Positions 56,101 to 64,000 of a stretch of DNA of 64,000 nt are shown in pieces; the first letter of the stretch is position 1; every line of letters starts with the position of its first letter. Source of the DNA: Chrysochromulina tobinii (lineage: Eukaryota); assembly GCA_001275005.1 (NCBI GenBank), contig JWZX01003118.1, positions 1 through 64,000 of the forward strand, given 5' to 3'. The position numbers were made by a program, and so were the translations under genes. The notes beneath the pieces are model-generated. The model was not told the DNA's origin and made no database searches. It worked only from the letters and a program-made list of their open reading frames with translations.

Positions 56101-59100
56101 GGAGGTGACGTCGGTGGCCAGATCCGCAGCGGATGGCGCGCCGGGTGCGGCGGGTGGGGCTGCAACCTGTGTGGCCGTCGCGAGTGCGATGGTCGTTGAC
56201 GAGGCTCAGACAGATGAGATGATGGTCGAAGTGGTGGTCGAGGAGGACTATGACCCGCAGGTGCGTATGTACCACGCTTCCCAAGATTCCATCTTGCGCG
56301 TCACGCCCGAGGGCCTCCGCTCGCACGTTGAGCGCCTCATCGGCTGGCGCAACGCGTTGCGCGACGCCCGGGATGCCTTCGAGGCGCAGCAGCGATCGCG
56401 GCGTGAGAAGCGGCTACGAGCGCTCGAGACGGCGCGCAGGGAGAAGCAGCAGGCCCAGACGAGCTCGAGACGACGCGCTGAGCTCGTGGCGCGTGCGCAT
56501 GCGCTGCAACCGGCCCTCCGGCGTATCGTCGAGACGTCTGTCCTCGAGACGGCCATCATCCTCGAGACGATCGATCAGATGATCTCGAGAGTGGAGATTG
56601 AATCTGAGCGAGCTCGAGGCATCTCGAGAATCGAGATCGAACAGCGGCGCACGGGCGACGGGGGCATGGAGGCAGCTGAGCGACGGGCACACCTGAGTCG
56701 CGAGGCGCAGGTGGAGGCCGCTGTGCGCCATCTCATCGACAAGGTCGTGCGCATCAATAGCGAGCGCCATGCGGAGCCTGATGCAGCTTACTACGCCGCG
56801 TGCATCGGCGCGCTCGGAGCCTACGTGCGCGACTGCGGCGGCGAGGAGGGCATGGTGGCCGGCTGGCGCGTGAAACAGGAGGTACGCATGACGGGCAATT
56901 CGGCCGGTACGACCGATCTCTACTACTTTGACCGCAACGGGCGCAAGTTCCGCTCAGCCAAGGAGATCGCAATCTGGCTCGGACTGCAGCCCTCCAGTGG
57001 CCACAAGATGCAAGTGAGAAGGTACGTGCCGGCCGAGACGATCACGGGCGGCGGCAGCGCCTCGGGGGGCGGCAGTGCCTTGGGGGGTAGCTCCTCGGCC
57101 GAGAAGCTGCCGCCGGTCGGGTCTGCTATCCAACGGCCACTCGAGCGGGACGAGGTGCAACGGCTAAATTCCAAATATGGCAACCTTGTAATCGAGTCCG
57201 CACTGCTGGTCTCGCCATCGGCCGCGCTGCAGCCCTCGCAGCCGCCCATGCCCCGACTTGGGCTGCTGCGTTCTGGGCTCTCTCCAGTGGCAACGCTGCC
57301 CGTCCGGACGGTGGGAATCGAGGATGAGCTCGCGGGGGAGATCTATGATGAGCTCAATCACGAAATGTCCATGGCGGACCTCGAGCAGCGCCTGTGGAAA
57401 GGTGCGCGCGCGCAAGGCTGGAGAGGAACGCAACACGGTCGCTCCCTCCTCGCGCCCGATGGTGCCAAGTTTCACATCAAGACCGGGGTCGACAAGGCGA
57501 CGCTGCTGGCCAGGGCGTTGGACCACTATCATCGCACGCTCCTACCCGCGCTGCTGCACCAGAGGATCGAGGTCTACTGGCCACTCGATGATCAGTGGTA
57601 TGCCGGTCAGATCGTGCAGATCGTGCACGCGACGGAGGGCCCTCAGCCCGACGAGACCAGGGATGAAGAGGCCCACGGCGCCTTGTCGGCAGTCGCGCAC
57701 TCGTCCGAAGCTGTCGCTCGGATGGGAAGTCGGGAGTTGCGCCGGGCGGTGCGTGCGGCCATCACCGAGTCGGGCAAGGCGCAATCCGCTTTCGGCAGTC
57801 TGATAGGCGTGAACAACTCGTACCTTCATAAGTGGCTGAACCAGAACTGGTACGGCATGCAGAAGCCCAGGGGCGTCGACAAGATCATCGAGGCGAAGGT
57901 GCGCGCCTATCTCTACCGCCAGATATCATCTCGCGCCGCTCTTTTCGCCGCCGCCATCAGAGGCAAGCCCATCTCTCAGCCGGCCTCTGCGGTTGTACCG
58001 TTGCCGCCACCGGCACTCACGCATGTCATCCTGTACGACGACGGCGAGTTCGAAGGCCTCAATCTGTCTGTCAAGGGAACACCGAGCAGCGGCGCTGTGC
58101 ACGTCGCCTCCGAACTTTGGCGACCGTGCGCCACGCCATCGCCGGCGCCGGTGCTCGCGCGGAGCTCTTCCGCGGCGGCGCGGTCGGCGGCCAATAAGTG
58201 GCAGGCGTCATGGGGAGGGGAGGGTGGTGGTGGTAAGGGCAGTAGTGGCAACAGTGTAGGCGAACTGTCGACGGCTGGCGCGGAGGCGAGGGGCGAAGCG
58301 CCGCCGCTCACGGCGGACGAGGCCAGGGCGGCCGCGGCGGCCGAGGGGCTCGAGCTCGTGCCGTCGTCGAGCCGTTACAGCGGTCAAACGGGCTTCAAAG
58401 GCGTGATTAAGAATGGTGGCAGGTACGCAGTGACGATCTGTAAGAATGGCAAGCCGCGCTACTTGGGCACCTTCGCAACGCCTGAGGAGGCGGCCTTGTG
58501 CTACGCGAGGCACATTGGGGCGGAGCGAGCGGCGGCATGGGCAGCTGAGGCGAGGGTCGCAGCGCCGCAGCCGCTCACGGCGGACGAGGCCAGGGCGGCC
58601 GCGGCGGCCGAGGGGCTCGAGCTGGTGCCGTCCTCGGTCAGCGAGACGGGCTTCAAGGGCGTGACGAAGTCGGGCTTCAAATACATGACGAACGTTTCTA
58701 AGAATGGCAAGCAGCGCTACCTCGGCACCTTCGCGACGCCGGAGGAGGCGGCCTTGTGCTGCGCGAGGTACATTGGGGCGAAGAAAGCGGCGGCTGCGCT
58801 CCGCGTCACTCGGACATCCCCCCCGCGCGCTCCGGCTGAGGCAAGGGTTGCAGTGCCGCAGCCGCTCACTGCGGACGAGGCCAGGGCGGCCGCGGCGGCC
58901 GAGGGGCTCGAGCTGGTGCTGTCCTCGAGCAATGAGACGGGCTTCAAGGGCGTGACGAAGTTCAAGGGCAAATACAAGACGACCGTTTCTAAGAATGGCA
59001 CGCACCACTACCTCGGCGCCTTCGCGACGCCGGAGGAGGCTGCCTTGCGCTATGCGAGGTACATTGGGGCGAAGCGAGCTGCGGCAGAGGCAAGGGTTGC

Positions 59101-60613
59101 GGTGCCGCAGCCGCTCATGGCTGCGTGGTCGGCGGCCTCGGCGATCAGCCGGAGCAAGCCGCCCGCCGGAGCTCTTTCGGTGCCAATAACGGGCGTGTTG
59201 GGGTATGTTGACGAGAGTCCGGCGGAGAGTGGAGCCAAGCGCAAGCGTACTGTCACGCAGCACCTCGGCGTTGGCGACAACTGGGGATTGGGCTCGTCCA
59301 GAGGTTGGACCAGTGAGGCCACAGCGGCAACCGACCCGTACCGGCTGTGGCCTCCAGCCGAGATCCCTTGCGTGCGGCTCAGGATCGCGTATCCCGAGGG
59401 CGCCCCCCCGCCGACCGACCGTGCCGCAGCGCTCCTCACGTCCGGCTGGCGCCGCCGTTTTGAGCACTTGCATGCAGGGGGAGACGTCGGCGGCCACGTC
59501 TTCAGGTACGGCGAGCGCCGGCAGCTCGGCATCGAAGACTCTGCCGGCCTATCCCACGTGCCCGCCGGCTGGGCGCCGGCCGAGGCGCCGCCGCCGCTTT
59601 CGCGCGGTACGTCACCGGAGTCTCCGGAGCTCCTGACGAGATTGACGAGATTACCGTCTCTGGAGCTCGTGCCTTCGTCTGACGTGTTGCTCTCTATGCG
59701 CGAATGCATCCGTCTTCTGTCCTTTCTCGAGGACGACGTGCCTACTGCCCTACGTGGCGTGTCCAACGCCTTTGGAGGTTTGAACGCGATCAGGGAGCAG
59801 CTGGCCAAGAACGCGTTTGGCTCTGCTGCGGACTTTGTGGACGTGGTTCGTCGTGTGTGGGCCGGTGCACGCGCCGAGCATCCCCCGACGTCGAGCGCTC
59901 ACCAGGCGGCGCTGCGGCTCGCGCTGCGCTTCGAGCAGCTGCTGCAGGCCTCGACCACGCCGGGGGTGGCGACCGGGGTTGCGCCCGGGGCGGCGCCCGC
60001 GTCTACGCGAGGGTCCCCATATGAACACGACTGGGTGCACTATGTCGACTGGGACGACGAGGTGGTGGAGGTGGATGAGGTGGATGAAATGGAGGAGGCG
60101 GAGAGGGAGGAAGAGGTGGTGGAGGACGACGAGGAGGAGGAGGATGAGACGGGCGAGGTGCTGGGCAGACAGGGCGATCAGTCCGACGATGCTGAGCCAT
60201 GCATGTCCACCACGGCGGTCACGCCCACCACGGCGCCGGCGCCCGATGTGGAGGACGGCATGACGGGCTCGGGGAGTGGCATGGAGATTGAGGAGCTCGA
60301 GGACTTCGATGTCGAGGGGCTCGAGCAGTCCCTCCTGCCATATTTGGAAGTCGATGGGCTCGAGCAGTCCCTCCTTTTGGCAGATGGGCACGAGCTGGAT
60401 GGTGCTATCCAGGATGTGCAAGCAGCGGTGCAACAGGCTGACGGCGGGGCCGAGCAAGTAGCTCAGGCCACGGCCGTCGCAGCTCATAGCAGCCCAGCCC
60501 CAGGTTACAGCAGATTTCGCTCAGGCTGGTTCGATCTGAATTCTGACGTCGTCGAAGACGACGTCGAGGATGACGTCGAGGACAACGTCGAGGACGACGT
60601 CGAGGACGACTGA
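51903..60613 (+). CDS. ~2780-aa multidomain chromatin/DNA-binding protein (MBD-like, split Tudor-like with HTH insert, 3x AP2, degenerate bromodomain); exons 51903-55556, 55931-60613
   Basis: Two long ORFs joined in phase 0 (GL|VRGG) by intron 55557-55930. MBD-like GWRVKQEVRMTGNSAGTTDLYYFDRNGRKFRSAKEIAIWL; Tudor-like RIEVYWPLDDQWYAGQI...HVILYDDGEFE; AP2 TGFKGV..KY...YLGTFATPEEAALCYAR x3; bromo-like LNAIREQL..NAF.SAADFVDVVRRVW. Confidence 0.75.
52940..53365 (+). repeat. Coding low-complexity repeats: (AVAQH)n, poly-Q/poly-H (CAG/CAT), (HPGAVL)n
   Basis: Tandem GCAGTGGCTCAGCAT, (CAG)n(CAT)n and CTGCACCCTGGTGCAGTG units. Confidence 0.85.
55557..55930 (+). repeat. Intron made of five 54-nt tandem units plus one 104-nt unit, each GTACGT...CCCTCATCAG
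   Basis: Units start at 55557, 55611, 55665, 55719, 55773 and 55827. Confidence 0.9.
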
Positions 60614-60786
60614 GTCTGAGAATTACGCTGATTAAGCGGAGTGCCGATCCCGACTTGAGGTTCGTTTATGTTTTCGTTTTTAGCCGACGTGCTGTAGCGT
60701 TTATTATTTTGTAGCTAGTGGACGTAGAGGAAACAGCTGTACATCTGACGGGTCAAATTATATATACTTTGCCGTTTTGGTGGGCA

Positions 60787-61527
60787 TCAGCGCTCAGGCA
60801 CCGCGGGACTCTCCTCAGGCTCAGCCTTCAACAAGAGCGCCTCGATCTCCAGCTGCTCTCGCAAGAGATCATTTGTGTCGTCCAGATGCGCCCGAATCGC
60901 GCCGTAGGCGTGCACGATCTTGTAGTCGTACTCAGGGTAGGCTGCCGCTAGCCGCTTCCCCTGCCACTCCGCGAGGCGGCCGTGGAACGAATCGCCGCCG
61001 ATGGCGATGCTCTGTTCCCTTGCAAACTGCATGCACAGCAGGAAGAATGAGAGCGCTCCCGTGCTGGGCTCCATCCACGCCCATGCCCACATGCCGACCT
61101 CGAGGCAGGTATCCGCGTCGCCTATTTCGGGCGGAGCCGCCGTCACCAAGTAGTGATTGAAAAGCGAAGCGCTCGGGTAATGAAAGAGGAGAGGGATGGA
61201 CACCCATCCGGTAATGAGCGCGCCGTAGATGGCCACCTTATGCGGTGCCTCAATGATGGGATCGTTGGGATCGATGAGCGCTCCCATTTGACAAAGTCTT
61301 GCCGTCGTATGCTGGTACTCGACTCCATCGACAGCCATGATCTCCCGCCGTAGTCTCTCGCGCACGGCGGCCGGATGCGCTGGCGATTCCTCTGCGAGCC
61401 GAAAGATTGTGAATGGGTCGAGTGCGCGCACGTCACACGCGCTCCTCGAGCGCACGCACAAGCGCCTGGAAGTCGTGCGCAGCGGCAGACTGGCGGCGCT
61501 GCTTGCACGGGCCAGGTGTTGCAGCAT
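60787..61527 (-). CDS. Hypothetical membrane protein with mitochondrial-type presequence
   Basis: Arg/Ser-rich N-terminus (MLQHLARASSAASLPLRTTSRRL), ERLRREIMAVDGVEY, two hydrophobic segments and WAWAWMEP. Confidence 0.6.
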   Translation of the reverse strand: MLQHLARASSAASLPLRTTSRRLCVRSRSACDVRALDPFTIFRLAEESPAHPAAVRERLRREIMAVDGVEYQHTTARLCQMGALIDPNDPIIEAPHKVAIYGALITGWVSIPLLFHYPSASLFNHYLVTAAPPEIGDADTCLEVGMWAWAWMEPSTGALSFFLLCMQFAREQSIAIGGDSFHGRLAEWQGKRLAAAYPEYDYKIVHAYGAIRAHLDDTNDLLREQLEIEALLLKAEPEESPAVPER

Positions 61528-61879
61528 ATATCCGATATCAGCGGTTGGGGCTGACTGCTGGGGCAGACAAAGTAGTTTGAACTTGAAATTTTCGCGACTG
61601 TGAACGCACCGTGTGAAGAGACTGTCCTCCGGTCGCCTCGCCAGGCTGCTTGTGTATGTACTGTAGAATCACAGTACATGCGGAGCCGAGCGTCGGCAAC
61701 ATATATGGCTCTCGGGTCTCACGAGAATCCTTGGAACATTAGTGGCACAACCGAGAAGGGGGCTGCCAGAGAGTGGTCCCCCGCGTCCCACCGTGGTGTC
61801 CACGAATCCAACGAACTGTACTGCTCTCGTGAGTCGGGTGCTCTGCTGCTCGGCTGCTCGGCTGCTCTGGCGTCTCTCT

Positions 61880-64000
61880 TCACTGCTGTCCCTGCCGCCG
61901 CGCCCGACCTGCAGATACTGCCGCCGTCACCGAGCTGGCCGCCGCAGGCCCCGCAGCAGCTGCGGCCGCGCCAGCCTCCGCCTCGGGCCGCTTTGTGGCC
62001 CGTGTGTAGCTCCAGTACGCGGCCATCGCGAGGATCATGTTGCCTTCGGTGTAGTAGAGCCACGCCGCCCCGGCCACGCCGACCGCAAGGTACTTAGCCG
62101 AGTTGGGCCCCCAAAAGTCGGAGAGAGAGAGAGAGGCGGCCTCGCGCAGCTGCGAGCGGAAGATCTGCGGCGCGAAGATCGCGAGGCACAGGCGGTCCCA
62201 AACGAACGCGCCGAGCAGCGTGACACCGATGAGGCCGAGCAGCATGTAGCGCATCTCGTCGCTGGGCAGCGGCACGAGCCCAAGCGTCGAGTTCAAGACG
62301 GGCACGAGCTCCCATGCAGCCACTACGAGGCCCGCTACGAGACCGAGCAATGAGTAGAGCAGCGCCGGGTTCTCCGTCGCGCCGCGCATCCACGGGCGGC
62401 CCTTGTAGTTCACGAGCATCACCGCCACCTGCTGCGCCGTTTCGACGAGGAAGACGACGGTGTTGAGCAGATTGGGTTTATGGGCGGAAAAGGAGACGCC
62501 TCCAGCCGCGGCGGCGTCGGCGCTGCCCCCCTCGGGCGGCGTGGACGGCTCGCCCAAGGCTTCGAGCTTCTCCTGCTTGCGCTGGAAGGCGATCGCGGCG
62601 GCGAGCTCGGACGAGGACATGGAGGTCTTCGCCAGCTGGAGAGCGTAGAGCATGCAACTTGCATGCACGGCGAGCTGCCCGAGCACTGAGAGGAGCAGCG
62701 CAGGGTGGAAGATGGAGGCGAGGGGGAGCGTGGGCGAGAGTCGGTCGAGCGGACGCGCAAACGAGAAGGCGATCGACGCGACCGAGAGCAGCAGCCCGCT
62801 CGCGATCAGCTGCGGCTCGGACGAGCGCGAGCCTTCGAGCGAGAGCGCTGAGAGGGAGTAGGCCGAGATGAGGCAGTGTAGCATGAGGATCTGCTGCTGC
62901 TGGACCGTCGACACGAGGGTGCAGTGCCCCTGGCGCACAATATCGACACAAGAGCGGATCGACGGCAGCTTGGACGTGAAGGGCGCCGCGATCGACGCAT
63001 CGCCCAGCTTCACCATCGGGGGAGCCAGACCATTCTCGTCCTCGTCCATCTCCATGGCCGCCGCGATGAAGGAGGCTTGCCCAGCGAGCCCACCGCCGTA
63101 CTTTTGGCCGAGCACGCGCTGCTGCTCCACCATCTCGTTCTTCATGCGTTGCGTGGCGGCCGTGAGCGCCTTGAACTGCGCCATCACGGGCCCCGTGCCT
63201 TCCGCCACCAGCCGTGCAAGCTCTTCCTGCACGTATTGAGGCTGCCGTGCGCGGATCTCGGCCTGCTTCGCCTTGAGCTCGGCCTGAAACTTTTGGGCCA
63301 TGACGCTGCGCTTCTGGTCTTGCCCTTTGGCAATGGCCGCGAGCTCCTCCTCGGCGCTCACCTTGGCGCCCTCCTTGCCCGCGTCTGCCGCGCCGCCCAC
63401 CTCGGCGCCTTCTTTGCCCGCGTTGGCGTTGCCAAATCCGGTGAGCAGTGAGACGCCCACGTCCGCCGTCTTGAGCGCACCCACGTCGTTGCCGCCGTCG
63501 CCGCACATGAGCGTGGCGCGTCCCTTCTTGCTCAGAATCTTGTTGAGTGCGCGCACCACAGTCTCTTTACCCTCTGGCGACATTCGCGCAAAGACGGCCA
63601 CTTGGTCGGCCACCGGCCACATGTCGATGCCTGCGGCCTCGGCGGCGCTGACTAGTGCTGTCCAGTTCGCGCCGGTCACGAGCAGGTCGTGCCCCGCCGT
63701 GCGCAGACGCTTGACCGTGTCCATCGGGTCCTTGTCGCCCGCCGCGATGGGCGCGAGCACGTCTGTGGAAAGCGCCGGCCTCCACGAGAAACTCTCAAGG
63801 GCGGCAGGTGGCGGCGGCGCGCCGCCCGCGCCCACGACGGCGGCGCCCACGCCCAGCGCCTCGTAGTGCAGCAGCAGCGGCGGCTTGACGGCGATGCCCG
63901 CGCTCGCGACGGTGCCCGTCATTCCCACCTGCTGCGCTACGTAGAGCGCGGTGAGGGGTGCGTCACCGGTGAGCATAATCGTCACGTGCTGCGACTCGCG
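61880..64000 (-). CDS. ATP13A1: P5A-type ATPase (ATP13A1/Spf1), C-terminal part; 5' end lies outside the window
   Basis: MLTGDAPLTA, VFARMSPEGKE, TLMCGDGGNDVGALK, VKLGDASIAAPFTSK, DIVRQGHCTLV, HCLISAYSLS, PNLLNTVVFL and VNYKGRPWM. Confidence 0.92.
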   Translation of the reverse strand, partial: RESQHVTIMLTGDAPLTALYVAQQVGMTGTVASAGIAVKPPLLLHYEALGVGAAVVGAGGAPPPPAALESFSWRPALSTDVLAPIAAGDKDPMDTVKRLRTAGHDLLVTGANWTALVSAAEAAGIDMWPVADQVAVFARMSPEGKETVVRALNKILSKKGRATLMCGDGGNDVGALKTADVGVSLLTGFGNANAGKEGAEVGGAADAGKEGAKVSAEEELAAIAKGQDQKRSVMAQKFQAELKAKQAEIRARQPQYVQEELARLVAEGTGPVMAQFKALTAATQRMKNEMVEQQRVLGQKYGGGLAGQASFIAAAMEMDEDENGLAPPMVKLGDASIAAPFTSKLPSIRSCVDIVRQGHCTLVSTVQQQQILMLHCLISAYSLSALSLEGSRSSEPQLIASGLLLSVASIAFSFARPLDRLSPTLPLASIFHPALLLSVLGQLAVHASCMLYALQLAKTSMSSSELAAAIAFQRKQEKLEALGEPSTPPEGGSADAAAAGGVSFSAHKPNLLNTVVFLVETAQQVAVMLVNYKGRPWMRGATENPALLYSLLGLVAGLVVAAWELVPVLNSTLGLVPLPSDEMRYMLLGLIGVTLLGAFVWDRLCLAIFAPQIFRSQLREAASLSLSDFWGPNSAKYLAVGVAGAAWLYYTEGNMILAMAAYWSYTRATKRPEAEAGAAAAAAGPAAASSVTAAVSAGRARRQGQQ

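Noticed and set aside
1..64000. tRNA/rRNA genes or an autonomous transposase/reverse transcriptase driving the repeat introns
   Set aside because: None recognised in this window; any mobilising factor would have to be encoded elsewhere.

Overview
Gene-dense, GC-rich eukaryotic nuclear DNA with spliceosomal introns. It is most likely a haptophyte alga such as Chrysochromulina; this is an inference from GC content, a GC-AG donor, AP2 repeats preceded by an 'A..EGL.L' helix, and a plastid-type desaturase. About 22 protein genes are supportable: WDR59/Sea3 (partial), two 2OG-Fe(II) oxygenases, TRM11, a methyltransferase, serine racemase, a carboxylesterase, an aldo-keto reductase, EF-hand, PX-ankyrin and TPR-DnaJ proteins, a NIPA-type transporter, a ~5000-aa DNA-PKcs, an SLC26/SulP-STAS transporter, a cytochrome-b5 desaturase, a ~2780-aa MBD/Tudor/HTH/AP2/bromo-like chromatin protein and a P5A ATPase (partial). 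The most striking signal is a family of introns built from tandem branch-point-like motifs (CTGATTGCCT/CTGATGACCT) that always lie on the sense strand. In most of them one splice site is a copy of the flanking exon: either the intron 3' end repeats up to ~25 nt of the upstream exon end, supplying the CAG, or the intron ends in a stereotyped CCCTCATCAG and its 5' end repeats the start of the downstream exon, supplying the GT/GC. The SLC26 gene, absent as a full ORF from the ORF track, reconstructs by hand to 22 exons and 853 aa, with 21 introns mostly of this type. One intron of the chromatin gene is a head-to-tail array of six complete GT..AG mini-introns. Together these suggest an introner-like intron-generating process without terminal inverted repeats. 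DNA-PKcs also carries an inserted R3H domain. All gene models are manual and unverified by transcripts.
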